DNA from: Takakia lepidozioides
Lineage: Eukaryota > Plantae > Bryophyta
Length of the DNA: 64,000 nucleotides
Direction of reading: 5' to 3'
NCBI GenBank assembly: GCA_030704615.1
Contig: CM060733.1
Coordinates: 42,098,001 to 42,162,000 of the forward strand
This document shows positions 22,809 through 36,900 of this stretch, piece after piece (within the stretch, counting starts at the first letter, position 1; each line of letters opens with the position of its first letter). Position numbers and translations under genes: made by a program. A model generated the notes under the pieces. The model worked only from the letters and a program-made list of their open reading frames with translations. It was not told the DNA's origin and ran no database searches.

Positions 22809-25800
22809 ATGGGGTCGGGCAAGCCGAAGCGAAAGCGGAATGGCCCAAAAGATGATGATCCCGGTGAGCCCGATGGGGGCGGCGTGTCACCGAGGCGGCC
22901 GTTTGAGGAAGCGATGCATGTTTCCGAAAACGAGGCTGCCCAAGAGCGGGAGGAATCCGAGGAGTCGGAGCCCGAGGAATCCTTGAGAGCTCCGACAAAC
23001 CAAGAGATGCCTCCCATGCCGGCAGCCTTTTGGGAAGGGTTGTTGGCGCAGTTTGGCGGGACGTTGAAAGACGTGTTGAAGGCGGCTAATGCCACTTCCA
23101 CTAAGGCAAAGTTTAAGGTGAAGCCTAAGGAACCCGGCACCTTCGAGGGCATCCAAAATCGGAAGGCACTCAACACCTGGCTCTTGGAGCTGGAGCAGTA
23201 CTTCCGGGCGGCCAAGTTGAGTGACGAGGATCGCGTGGAAGTGGCTCCCACCTATTTGAGGGGCTATGCTCAACAATGGTGGCAGAAACGCCTTCACGAC
23301 CGAGGTCCAAGTCCGGAAACCTTGAACTGGAGTGGGTTCAAGGAACTGTTGAAGAGACAGTTTGTGCCCCTCAACGCGTCCTAGCTTGCCTGGGACAAGA
23401 TGAGGAATTTGAAGCAAACAGATGACATTCGGGGGTATGTCCAGGCTTTCAATGTGTTGTTGCTCGAAGTCGCGGACATGGCAGAACCAGAAATGGTCTT
23501 CAACTTTGTGGCGGGACTGGCCCCATGGGCCAGGCGGAAGTTGGAGGAGAAGCCACCCAAGACTTTGAACGAGGCAATTGAGAGGGCTGAATGTTTCTCG
23601 GATGTCCCTAGGGGTGAAAGACAAGGCCGTACGGAGCTGAACCACAAGAAGATTCGGCGGGAAGGTGACTCCTTCCGACCGGAAAAGAAGTGGGATAGGC
23701 CACGCGGCAAAAATGGCACGTGGAAATCGAAGGGAGGGCCTTCACACGTCAAGGCGGCACCCGGTGCTCCGAAAGGAAAAGCGGGTGGAGCGGCTTATGG
23801 CGGACAGAAGGCGACCTTTGATGGAGTGTGTTTCAATTGCGGGGAGCCCGGGCACATGGCCAAGAAGTGCACGAAGCCCCGGCAATTGAACATGACTCGG
23901 GCGACCACGGAGCTGTCGGAAGATACCATCAGTCGCTTGGTGGAAGCGGTGGTCGCCAGGACTTGCAAGGTAGGCAAATTTTCTTGTGAGTTGTATCAGG
24001 AAACTGGCGCCTTACGAAAAGGGAGTCAGTTATTGTTCGTGGATGGGATAATATCCGGAACTAATGTGTCGTTGTTGGTGGACACAGGAGCGTCGCACTC
24101 CTTCATGACACCGGCAACGGCACAAAAGCTGGGACTCCCGACAAGTGATGTGGGGGCCTCTATTGAGGTGCGTTCTGCCAAAGGAGAACCACAGTTGGCG
24201 ACAAGGTTGGCGATTGATGTTCCTCTTCAACTGGGGAGTTGGGAGGGACGTGAGAACTTCACCATCTGCGAGATCGATGGAGTAGATCTCATTTTAGGGA
24301 TGACCTTTTTGAGCAAATCCGGAGCGGTCATAGATGGCCGCAAGAGAGTAGTCACGCTGCCATGTGGGAATGGTGGCGAGGTCTTACGAGTGTCGGAAAC
24401 GCCCAAATCCGTGGGAGGGCGAATAAACCTTCTGTCAGCAAGGGAGTGGGCCGTGGAGGAGGCACACGAACCCCAGTTCTTGCTTTACATTAGAGAAGTG
24501 AAGGGAGAAGGCGATGGGGAGCCGAGCCCAGATTGGATCAAGGGGATTTTGGAGAAATACCAGGATGTGATGCCGGAGGATTTACCAAGCGGCTTGCCAC
24601 CGTGAAGAGGAGTTGACCACAAGATTGAGGTGATACCGGGATCGGAACCGCCTGCCAAGGCGCCCTACCGGTTGAGCCACAGAGAGTTGGTCGAGCTGAA
24701 GACTCAGCTCAAGGATCTAATGTCAAAGGGGTACATCCGGCCGAGTAAGTCACCTTACGGAGCCCCGGTGCTATTTGAAGACAAGAAGGATGGGACGCTG
24801 CGGATGTGTGTCGATTACAGGGCTCTGAATAAGGTGACTATCAAAAACCGGTACCCTTTGCCAAGGATCGACGACCTCTTCGATCGGTTGGCAGGAGCAA
24901 AGTATTTCAGCCGGATCAGGATGGGATCAAAATGGATGACAGAAAGGTGAGGGTGATCTTGGACTGGGAGCCTCCGACTTCGGTCCCGGGAGTGCGATCC
25001 TTCCTAGGACTCGCCTCCTATTACCGGAAGTATGTGAGAAATTTCGCCAAGATCGCGGGGCCGCTGTCGGACCTTCTGTGTAAATCTAAAGTCTGGGCAT
25101 GGAACACCTTTTGTGGTCAAGCTTTTGCTGAATTGAAGCAGCGGATGGCGGAAGCTCCAGTCTTGAAAATCCCGGAGTTCGATCGTCCGTTCGAGATACA
25201 TACAGATGCGTCAGACTTCGCGATTGGGGGTGTACTGATGCAAGATGGACGTCCAGTGGCTTACGAAAGTAAGAAACTGAATAAAGTGGAGCGACGGTGG
25301 CCGACGCACGAAAAAGAGATGAAGGCGATGGTGCATTGCCTTGAACTTTGGCGCCACTATGTTGGTTCCAACCCCGTGAAGGTGTTCACGGACAATGTCA
25401 CAGTGAAGTATTTTGCCACGTAGCCCAAGTTGTCCCCAAAACAACTTAGGTGGCAAGATACTTTGGCGGTGTTCGACGTGGATATCCAGTACAAACCGGG
25501 ACGGGACAATGTGGTGGCCGATGCTTTAAGTAGAAAGCAGCAGCTCTTGTTGGTGTACAAGGACGAGACGGCGCTCCAAAGGAAGATCCGGAAGGTTTGC
25601 CGGAAGGATGAGCTGGCAAAGTCCGTGATGCAGGACTTGAGAATGGGGGTTAAATCGCAGTTCCACTTGCAAAAAGGGTTGCTCCGGTATAAGCAAAAGC
25701 GTCTCTACGTGCCGAAGGGAAGGATCAGAGATAGCCTCTTGAGAGAATGCCATGATAGCCCGCTTGCGGGCCACGGCGGAGCCAAGCGCACTGCGGCACT

Positions 25801-27025
25801 CCTGAAGAAAGAGTATTTCTGGCCCAAACTGAGGGAGGAGGCAGAGGAGTATATCAAGACATGCACCACATGCCAACAAAACCGGAGCGAGTACAAAAAG
25901 CAAGCAGGGCTGTTACAACCCTTGCCGATTCCAGAGGGGACTTGGGAAAGCGTCTCGATGGATTTCATGACTGCTATGTCGCTGTCAAAAGAATTCGATG
26001 CAATCATGGTGGTGGTGGATAGGTTCAGTAAAATGGGCCATTTCATCCCTACCAAGGAGACGGCAACGGCGCAGGAGACAGGGCGACTTTACTTCGCCCA
26101 CGTCTTAAAACATCATGGAGTCCCGAAGGATATTGTCTCGGATCGCGATCCAAAGTTTACGAGTAAATTTTGGAGGACACTTTGGAAGAAGATGGGGACG
26201 AGACTGAAGATGAGCACCGCCTTCCGACCTACGACGGACGGCCAAACGGAAAGAGTGAATTCCGTAGTGAAGCAATTCTTGCGGAATTACGTGTCGGCAG
26301 ACCAATCAGACTGGATGGAACACTTAGACGCGGCAGAGTTCTGTTATAATAACACAGAACACTCCGCAACGGGAGTTTCCCCTTTCGTGTTGGTCTATGG
26401 AAAAGCACCTCTGGTGCCGACAAGTTGGGCCGCCCAGGACGTTGAGGAACCGGCAGTAGCGGCAGTACTGGAAGAACGCGAGCGTTTGTTGAAGCTCGCA
26501 AAGTACAATATTGCCAAAGCTAGGAAACGGTATGAAAGGCAGGCAAATCGGAAGCGGAGGGAAGTGAAGTTTGAGGCAGGCACAGAGGTCTGGTTGAACA
26601 TCAAGAATTTCCGACTACCTCCGGAAGCGAGTCCGAAGTTCGTACCTCCGTATGCGGGACCCTTTCGCATTCGGAAGGTTATGAATGAGGATGTGTATGA
26701 ATTGGAGCTGCCGGCAAACAGCAAGGTGCACCCAGTATTCCATGTCTCCCTTTTGAAGCCTTACTTCAAAAATGAAGCGCGTCCAAATCGGCATCAAGTG
26801 TTGCGTCCGCCACCTATGCTGTTGGATCATGAAAATGAACCTGAGTACGAGGTGGAGGCAATACTTAAGTCAATGAGGTTCAGGAACCGAGAAACGGAGT
26901 ATCTCATCAAATGGAAGGGCTATCATCATGTGGAGGCATCTTGGGTGCGTGCCTCAGAAATGGGAAACGCATCCGAGGCTGTTGCAGCTTTCGAAGGGCG
27001 ACCTCAAAAGCGGAAGAAGCGTTGA
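22809..27025 (+). pseudogene. gag-pol: Chromovirus gag-pol with in-frame stops and an RT core deletion; RH, integrase and chromodomain recognisable
   Basis: CFNCGEPGHMAKKC; LVDTGA; RT stops at AKYFSRI with no YxDD; TDASD; HHCC/SMDF/SDRD/GQTE; EYEVEAIL..EYLIKWKGY..ASW. Stops end ORFs at 23384, 24605 and 25423. Confidence 0.95.
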
Positions 27026-27046
27026 TAGGGACATCAACCTTGGAGC

Positions 27047-27059
27047 GTGGGGGAGGAAA
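27047..27059 (+). other. Chromovirus polypurine tract
   Basis: GTGGGGGAGGAAA before TGCATG. Confidence 0.75.
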
Positions 27060-27693
27060 TGCATGCTTAGCCCGGTTTAGCTAGCTCAGTAATCCGATTG
27101 CAAAAACTTGTATTGTACAAAAATTTGTTATAAAGGAAATGGGTTCCAAATATTGTGCATCCTATTGTGTTTGGAATGGTGATGCATGGTGTGATTGGCT
27201 AGTGTGTAGAATGCATGCTAGCTTACAAAAGTGGGAGAGGTAAATTGGGTTAATCGTGTGTTTGCGCAGTGCCGAAATCAGGTGATTCCCATCCAAGGGG
27301 CAAGGAAACTTGCGCCTTCTTTGGGAGTTCACGTGCTAGTGCGCACCTGGCGCGTGCGCGTACTATAACTACGCTACCGAGGGGGTTGCCTTGTAGTGCG
27401 GGCTAACGCGGAAGCTACGTGCTTCCGTTCACGTACTATAATCGTGTAGCCTCGGGACGAAGTCGTAGTGCGGCTTCGGCGTGTTCCCGTACCTCAGGCC
27501 AGCATTCCAAGGCGGACCCAATTGTAGTGATTGGGGCGCACGGTTGGTTCAAGGTTATCTTCCTAGTCAAAGAGGGTTCCAGGTGAACCCTTGCTCAAGG
27601 TGATGCCAAAAGCGGCATCATGAGCGATCGCAAGCAATGTTGTTGCAGTAAGGCGATTCGATCCTCGGGGAGGATCGTTCCTTGGCCTTGAAG
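27060..27693 (+). repeat. Chromovirus 3' LTR, left part
   Basis: Begins with TG after the PPT and ends at the DNA transposon TIR. Confidence 0.75.
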
Positions 27694-27750
27694 GGGGGCT
27701 ACTATTTCATGAGCGGCATGAGCATGAGCGGAAAAAAAAAAAGCATGAGC
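27694..27750 (+). repeat. Left TIR with CATGAGC subterminal repeats
   Basis: Inverted match to 46329-46373. Confidence 0.85.
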
Positions 27751-27914
27751 AGACCATTGTGAGTCCACGGAAATAGGGTTAGGAGGCACGGAAATAGGGT
27801 CATGTGAAGTTGGAATGTGGCACCAGTGGACTTGAAATGCAACATTTTATTGCAAATTTTGTGGCAAGCCACGTCTATACAAGTGTGTTCTAACTGTCAT
27901 AGCCGGAATGGGCA

Positions 27915-30900
27915 CTACTCTCCTACACCCTCCGAGGAACTTGCCCCACCTTCTTCCTCATCCCCCTCATCCCCCTCATCCTCCAAGCTCTGTGATGCAT
28001 CAGTTCCACTATGCCTCTCAAAAATCCCGTCCTCTCCTTGGGGGACTGTCCACCTCACCTCCTGGGAATCTTCTGCGTCTTCTCCCCCACTTTCCTCAGC
28101 AGAATCCAACACAAATCTACGAGCCCGACGGGCTCTAATAGCTGCTGCCTCCTCCCTCATCTTCATTTTCTTGAGGCTTGCCTCGTCTAAAATCTGCTGT
28201 ACACGACTACGTTCGGAACACCTCCTAATGGACACCGAAGCAAGCCGGGCAGCATAAGTAGGAAGGATGTACTCCCTTTCTGGACTAGGCATGAAATCCC
28301 CCCTGGCAAAAAAAGCACGTTCCTCCTGCCCATGAACTCCGGTATAGACGTCCCTCCGGCAGTACTTGGCATCCTACAGTAAGAACAAATCCACTTCAAG
28401 AATGTCAATACCAGCACAACCAGAAAGGGTTTTCAATGAAATAAGAGAGCGGAGGGAGGTGCCTCACAAAATCTGGAGGCAACTTACAATGCCACCACTC
28501 ACTCGTAAACCGGGGGCTCCTCGGCCTCGATCCCAACTTCCTCCCCCTGCTCCTTCTCGGATTTTTCCTCATCCTCCGAGGATGCCTCTTCCTCTTTCGG
28601 CAGACGTTCAGCCGCTGCAAGTTCCGAGTTGTGGAGGGCAGTATCTGGCTCGAAGGCAAACACATGCCTGTCGGACAACGTCCCTGCCCACATTGAAGCA
28701 CCTGAGGAACAAAGCGGGCGGTTAATAGCTTGCGGCATGCAATTGCAATGGGGCCAGGGGACAAACTGAGCACGTGAAGGCTTACCCGTGCCGCATGTGA
28801 GGTCCAGAATCCGCCCTTGGACATCCGAGCACGTCTCCATGAGGGTTTGGATGAAAGCAGGGCTTCGGGTCCGGCTGTACCGCCACGGTTTGCCTGTCTT
28901 TGTGTCCTTCGGCATACTAGAGTGGGGCACATAGTTGTAGAGGACATCGTAGGTTACAGGGTCCACAGCGGCATCAACAAGACGACCGTCGTTGCGGAAT
29001 TTGAACGTAGACCCTCTCTTCACAAAGCAATATGCCTCAAACACCAATGTCTGCACATCCAACAAAGAAGGGATCAATTCCAGGGTCTACTTAACATACA
29101 CCACAATATGAAGTGAATGCAATAGATTGATAACTTACACTTTGGCCCTCTGTTCGCAACCCCTGCGTACTGATGCAGAACCATTTTCTGAGGAGGACCG
29201 GGGTGACACTTTTCGGTGTCCACCTTGCCACCGCATTCTCTGTGGTCTTCCCTCTCGTGGCAAGGACAACCACACATCCACCGTCATCCAGAAGCATCCC
29301 CGCCAGCCCAAACCCGGCTTTCCAGTAGTCCTCAGTAAACCTGTTCCAGGTGGGCACACCATCCAGGCCCTCCAGCAGCTCCCCATCTGGAATGTCGAGG
29401 AGAATCATGTCGCAAGCTCTCTCCACCTCAACCCCCCCCCCCCCCCGAGTGCTCTTGCAATTCGTGCTCACAACCGTGAAGAATTCCATCATGGCTTCAA
29501 AACCAGGGGTGTCTTTAGGCTCTGTACCGCCAGCCCTCTTCTTGGCTTTCCCCTTCTGCTCCGCCAGAGACTTGTTGTGTGCCACCTTCTTCGCCCTGGC
29601 AGCGAGAGCGTCAAGGAAGCTCTCATTGACGCGTTGGATGATGGTTGGAGGTTCTAGCTTTGGCCTGTGCGTAAACGTCACCGCCGAATACCGCCGTGTA
29701 GGCTCGCCCTCAAATGCCAACTTCTTGGCAGAGCCAGTCCCACTCCGAACTGACTTGGGAACCCGGACGACCGGTGACTGGGTAGGAGCAACAGCAGTCG
29801 AAGGACCTTGAACGAAGTCATCGTCCGAGTCACTCTCTTGGGTCCCCTCCTGTGCCTCCTCCGATGCCCCGATGGTTTTCTTCTTTTTGGGTGTTACTGC
29901 AGTCACCTGTTTCCTTGTCCTTTTCCTTTGACCTTTACTCTTCTCATGCAATTTCTCCCGAATTCCTGCCTGAGCAAGCTCTGCCGCTTTCCTGGAGTTC
30001 GCAAGCGCTTTTGCACCCAACGGAGGCAGCGGAGCCCGGTTTCGTCGGAATTCAGCATCCAGCTTCAATTGAAATTCGGATGGGTCGAGCGAGCCGGGCG
30101 GAAGGTCCACATACCAAGGGCAATCACGCAAATGTTCTAGATGCCACTCCTTCACAATATCGTCAGTGTACATGGAGTCAACCCCAGGGTTCCTCCGTGC
30201 CAGGAAGAATGGTGGCTCGAAAGACAGATGACCTTTCTCCAAAAGGGAGAACTTACAGTACCTGCATTCATAAAAAACACAATGAGGTCCGAAAATGGCT
30301 AAGTCCCTGAACGGCAATAGGGCCTACAACTGGAATATGGCGCCGAATTTCCACTTCAGGGCCAGCCAGTCTAGGGACTTAGCCCGAAAATGGCTAAGTC
30401 CCTGAACGGCAATACGGCCTGCAACTGGAATATGGCGCCGAATTTCCACTTCAGGGCCAGCCAGTCTAGGGACTTAGCCCGAAAATGGCTAAGTCCCTGA
30501 ACGGCAATACGGCCTGGAACTGGAAAATGGCGCCGAATTTCCAGTTCAGGGCCAGCCAGTCTAGGGACTTAAGCCCGAAAATGGCTAAGTCCCTGGACGG
30601 CAATAGGGCCTAGAACTGGAAAACGGCGCCGAATTTCCAGTTCCGGGCCAGCCACACTAGGGACTTAGCCCGAAAATGGCTAAGTCCCTGAACGGCAATA
30701 GGGCCTACAACTGGAATATGGCGCCGAATTTCCACTTCAGGGCCAGCCAGTCTAGGGACTTAGCCCGAAAATGGCTAAGTCCCTGAACGGCAATAGGGCC
30801 TACAACTGGAATATGGCGCCGAATTTCCACTTCAGGGCCAGCCAGTCTAGGGACTTAGCCCGAAAATGGCTAAGTCCCTGAACGGCAATACGGCCTGCAA

Positions 30901-33900
30901 CTGGAATATGGCGCCGAATTTCCACTTCAGGGCCAGCCAGTCTAGGGACTTAGCCCGAAAATGGCTAAGTCCCTGAACGGCAATACGGCCTGGAACTGGA
31001 AAATGGCGCCGAATTTCCAGTTCAGGGCCAGCCAGTCTAGGGACTTAAGCCCGAAAATGGCTAAGTCCCTGGACGGCAATAGGGCCTAGAACTGGAAAAC
31101 GGCGCCGAATTTCCAGTTCCGGGCCAGCCACACTAGGGACTTAGCCCGAAAATGGCTAAGTCCCTGAACGGCAATAGGGCCTACAACTGGAATATGGCGC
31201 CGAATTTCCACTTCAGGGCCAGCCAGTCTAGGGACTTAGCCCGAAAATGGCTAAGTCCCTGAACGGCAATAGGGCCTAGAACTGGAAAACGGCGCCGAAT
31301 TTCCAGTTTCGGGCCAGCCACACTAGGGACTTAGCCCGAAAATGGCTAAGTCCCTGAACGGCAATAGGGCCTACAACTGGAATATGGCGCCGAATTTCCA
31401 CTTCAGGGCCAGCCAGTCTAGGGACTTAGCCCGAAAATGGCTAAGTCCCTGAACGGCAATACGGCCTGCAACTGGAATATGGCGCCGAATTTCCACTTCA
31501 GGGCCAGCCAGTCTAGGGACTTAGCCCGAAAATGGCTAAGTCCCTGAACGGCAATACGGCCTGGAACTGGAAAATGGCGCCGAATTTCCAGTTCAGGGCC
31601 AGCCAGTCTAGGGACTTAAGCCCGAAAATGGCTAAGTCCCTGGACGGCAATAGGGCCTAGAACTGGAAAACGGCGCCGAATTTCCAGTTCCGGGCCAGCC
31701 ACACTAGGGACTTAGCCCGAAAATGGCTAAGTCCCTGAACGGCAATAGGGCCTACAACTGGAATATGGCGCCGAATTTCCACTTCAGGGCCAGCCAGTCT
31801 AGGGACTTAGCCCGAAAATGGCTAAGTCCCTGAACGGCAATAGGGCCTAGAACTGGAAAACGGCGCCGAATTTCCAGTTTCGGGCCAGCCACACTAGGGA
31901 CTTAGCCCGAAAATGGCTAAGTCCCTGAACGGCAATAGGGCCTACAACTGGAATATGGCGCCGAATTTCCACTTCAGGGCCAGCCAGTCTAGGGACTTAG
32001 CCCGAAAATGGCTAAGTCCCTGAACGGCAATACGGCCTGCAACTGGAATATGGCGCCGAATTTCCACTTCAGGGCCAGCCAGTCTAGGGACTTAGCCCGA
32101 AAATGGCTAAGTCCCTGAACGGCAATACGGCCTGGAACTGGAAAATGGCGCCGAATTTCCAGTTCAGGGCCAGCCAGTCTAGGGACTTAAGCCCGAAAAT
32201 GGCTAAGTCCCTGGACGGCAATAGGGCCTAGAACTGGAAAACGGCGCCGAATTTCCAGTTCCGGGCCAGCCACACTAGGGACTTAGCCCGAAAATGGCTA
32301 AGTCCCTGAACGGCAATAGGGCCTACAACTGGAATATGGCGCCGAATTTCCACTTCAGGGCCAGCCAGTCTAGGGACTTAGCCCGAAAATGGCTAAGTCC
32401 CTGAACGGCAATAGGGCCTAGAACTGGAAAACGGCGCCGAATTTCCAGTTTCGGGCCAGCCACACTAGGGACTTAGCCCGAAAATGGCTAAGTCCCTGAA
32501 CGGCAATAGGGCCTACAACTGGAATATGGCGCCGAATTTCCACTTCAGGGCCAGCCAGTCTAGGGACTTAGCCCGAAAATGGCTAAGTCCCTGAACGGCA
32601 ATACGGCCTGCAACTGGAATATGGCGCCGAATTTCCACTTCAGGGCCAGCCAGTCTAGGGACTTAGCCCGAAAATGGCTAAGTCCCTGAACGGCAATACG
32701 GCCTGGAACTGGAAAATGGCGCCGAATTTCCAGTTCAGGGCCAGCCAGTCTAGGGACTTAAGCCCGAAAATGGCTAAGTCCCTGGACGGCAATAGGGCCT
32801 AGAACTGGAAAACGGCGCCGAATTTCCAGTTCCGGGCCAGCCACACTAGGGACTTAGCCCGAAAATGGCTAAGTCCCTGAACGGCAATAGGGCCTACAAC
32901 TGGAATATGGCGCCGAATTTCCACTTCAGGGCCAGCCAGTCTAGGGACTTAGCCCGAAAATGGCTAAGTCCCTGAACGGCAATAGGGCCTAGAACTGGAA
33001 AACGGCGCCGAATTTCCAGTTTCGGGCCAGCCACACTAGGGACTTAGCCCGAAAATGGCTAAGTCCCTGAACGGCAATAGGGCCTACAACTGGAATATGG
33101 CGCCGAATTTCCACTTCAGGGCCAGCCAGTCTAGGGACTTAGCCCGAAAATGGCTAAGTCCCTGAACGGCAATACGGCCTGCAACTGGAATATGGCGCCG
33201 AATTTCCACTTCAGGGCCAGCCAGTCTAGGGACTTAGCCCGAAAATGGCTAAGTCCCTGAACGGCAATACGGCCTGGAACTGGAAAATGGCGCCGAATTT
33301 CCAGTTCAGGGCCAGCCAGTCTAGGGACTTAAGCCCGAAAATGGCTAAGTCCCTGGACGGCAATAGGGCCTAGAACTGGAAAACGGCGCCGAATTTCCAG
33401 TTCCGGGCCAGCCACACTAGGGACTTAGCCCGAAAATGGCTAAGTCCCTGAACGGCAATAGGGCCTACAACTGGAATATGGCGCCGAATTTCCACTTCAG
33501 GGCCAGCCAGTCTAGGGACTTAGCCCGAAAATGGCTAAGTCCCTGAACGGCAATAGGGCCTAGAACTGGAAAACGGCGCCGAATTTCCAGTTTCGGGCCA
33601 GCCACACTAGGGACTTAGCCCGAAAATGGCTAAGTCCCTGAACGGCAATAGGGCCTACAACTGGAATATGGCGCCGAATTTCCACTTCAGGGCCAGCCAG
33701 TCTAGGGACTTAGCCCGAAAATGGCTAAGTCCCTGAACGGCAATACGGCCTGCAACTGGAATATGGCGCCGAATTTCCACTTCAGGGCCAGCCAGTCTAG
33801 GGACTTAGCCCGAAAATGGCTAAGTCCCTGAACGGCAATACGGCCTGGAACTGGAAAATGGCGCCGAATTTCCAGTTCAGGGCCAGCCAGTCTAGGGACT

Positions 33901-36900
33901 TAAGCCCGAAAATGGCTAAGTCCCTGGACGGCAATAGGGCCTAGAACTGGAAAACGGCGCCGAATTTCCAGTTCCGGGCCAGCCACACTAGGGACTTAGC
34001 CCGAAAATGGCTAAGTCCCTGAACGGCAATAGGGCCTACAACTGGAATATGGCGCCGAATTTCCACTTCAGGGCCAGCCAGTCTAGGGACTTAGCCCGAA
34101 AATGGCTAAGTCCCTGAACGGCAATAGGGCCTAGAACTGGAAAACGGCGCCGAATTTCCAGTTTCGGGCCAGCCACACTAGGGACTTAGCCCGAAAATGG
34201 CTAAGTCCCTGAACGGCAATAGGGCCTACAACTGGAATATGGCGCCGAATTTCCACTTCAGGGCCAGCCAGTCTAGGGACTTAGCCCGAAAATGGCTAAG
34301 TCCCTGAACGGCAATACGGCCTGCAACTGGAATATGGCGCCGAATTTCCACTTCAGGGCCAGCCAGTCTAGGGACTTAGCCCGAAAATGGCTAAGTCCCT
34401 GAACGGCAATACGGCCTGGAACTGGAAAATGGCGCCGAATTTCCAGTTCAGGGCCAGCCAGTCTAGGGACTTAAGCCCGAAAATGGCTAAGTCCCTGGAC
34501 GGCAATAGGGCCTAGAACTGGAAAACGGCGCCGAATTTCCAGTTCCGGGCCAGCCACACTAGGGACTTAGCCCGAAAATGGCTAAGTCCCTGAACGGCAA
34601 TAGGGCCTACAACTGGAATATGGCGCCGAATTTCCACTTCAGGGCCAGCCAGTCTAGGGACTTAGCCCGAAAATGGCTAAGTCCCTGAACGGCAATAGGG
34701 CCTAGAACTGGAAAACGGCGCCGAATTTCCAGTTTCGGGCCAGCCACACTAGGGACTTAGCCCGAAAATGGCTAAGTCCCTGAACGGCAATAGGGCCTAC
34801 AACTGGAATATGGCGCCGAATTTCCACTTCAGGGCCAGCCAGTCTAGGGACTTAGCCCGAAAATGGCTAAGTCCCTGAACGGCAATACGGCCTGCAACTG
34901 GAATATGGCGCCGAATTTCCACTTCAGGGCCAGCCAGTCTAGGGACTTAGCCCGAAAATGGCTAAGTCCCTGAACGGCAATACGGCCTGGAACTGGAAAA
35001 TGGCGCCGAATTTCCAGTTCAGGGCCAGCCAGTCTAGGGACTTAAGCCCGAAAATGGCTAAGTCCCTGGACGGCAATAGGGCCTAGAACTGGAAAACGGC
35101 GCCGAATTTCCAGTTCCGGGCCAGCCACACTAGGGACTTAGCCCGAAAATGGCTAAGTCCCTGAACGGCAATAGGGCCTACAACTGGAATATGGCGCCGA
35201 ATTTCCACTTCAGGGCCAGCCAGTCTAGGGACTTAGCCCGAAAATGGCTAAGTCCCTGAACGGCAATAGGGCCTAGAACTGGAAAACGGCGCCGAATTTC
35301 CAGTTTCGGGCCAGCCACACTAGGGACTTAGCCCGAAAATGGCTAAGTCCCTGAACGGCAATAGGGCCTACAACTGGAATATGGCGCCGAATTTCCACTT
35401 CAGGGCCAGCCAGTCTAGGGACTTAGCCCGAAAATGGCTAAGTCCCTGAACGGCAATAGGGCCTAGAACTGGAAAACGGCGCCGAATTTCCAGTTTCGGG
35501 CCAGCCACACTAGGGACTTAGCCCGAAAATGGCTAAGTCCCTGAACGGCAATAGGGCCTACAACTGGAATATGGCGCCGAATTTCCACTTCAGGGCCAGC
35601 CAGTCTAGGGACTTAGCCCAAAAATGGCTAAGTCCCTGAACGGCAATAGGGCCTGGAACTGGAAAATGGCGCCGAATTTCCACTTCAGGGCCAGCCAGTC
35701 TAGGGACTTAGCCCGAAAATGGCTAAGTCCCTGGACGGCAATAGGGCCTAGAACTGGAAAACGGCGCCGAATTTCCAGTTCCGGGCCAGCCACACTAGGG
35801 ACTTAGCCCGAAAATGGCTAAGTCCCTGAACGGCAATAGGGCCTACAACTGAAAAATGGCGCCGAATTTCCACTTCAGGGCCAGCCAGTCTAGGGACTTA
35901 GACCGAAAATGGCTAAGTCCCTGGACGGCAATAGGGCCTGGAACTGGAAAATGGCGCCGAATTTCCAGTTCTGGGCCAGCCAGTCTAGGGACTTAGCCAT
36001 TTTCGGAGCCTTGACTGGAATTCGGCGCCATTTTCCCTAACACCACTTGAGGCCTCTAACATCCTGAAATGCCCAGGACTTGAAAGAAAGGCAGCGCATA
36101 TGTACCTGTACAGAAGGCGCATTGTGCTTTGTCCGCGTTCGGCTGGTCGTGAACTCGTGGCTCCGGCGAGCATCTGCTATCTCCCGAAAGAATAGGTTGG
36201 TTTTGTAGAGCAGAAAGTACCTCGTCACATAGTCACGTAGGCTCTCTGCTGCAGGAGATATCTCCATCTTGAACTGATGTGCTTGTGTGTCCAGCTGCTC
36301 TTGCGCATTCGTCGTCACCTGTGGAGATTGTCCATCAGATCGCTTTCCTCAAAAAATACAATGAATCCACCCCCTACTAGAGTAGAATCCCCAAACGAAG
36401 TGTGGGGAAGTACCTGAAACCACCATGTCATGCGGGGTTCATCCACATGTCGAATGTGGGGTCAGAGAGGTTGTCCGGTTTGGGGAAGCTCTACATGTCC
36501 TGGTACTTTGGGAACCATTCCAGATTTAAAGCCACCGGGTCTGTCAACCACCCAGCATATTCGTAAGCGCAAACACCACAAAAGGGAGTAGTTGCCACCA
36601 CAATTTTGTTAAGAATGTATCACCTTTTCTGTTGCATCCACACAGGATGTGGCTAGACGATGGAGCTTCTCCAATGTCATCGTGGGCTTCAGAGCGCGAG
36701 AGTAGTGCTTCCCCACCTCCACCAGAAAGTCGGCACCAAGGGCGGGATCAGCTATGGCCACGTACTTTACCATCCGCGACTTGTACTTTATGCGGGCCCT
36801 CACCTCCGCAGCTTTGACATACGATTCGAGTTCCGGGAGGGTTGGATTCTTCTCCTCTGACTCTATGTAGAACCTCCGCGCATGTGCCAAATCCTGCTGT

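Noticed and set aside
30288-36007. CRISPR array
   Set aside because: Whole units repeat with no unique spacers, no cas genes are present, and the context is eukaryotic
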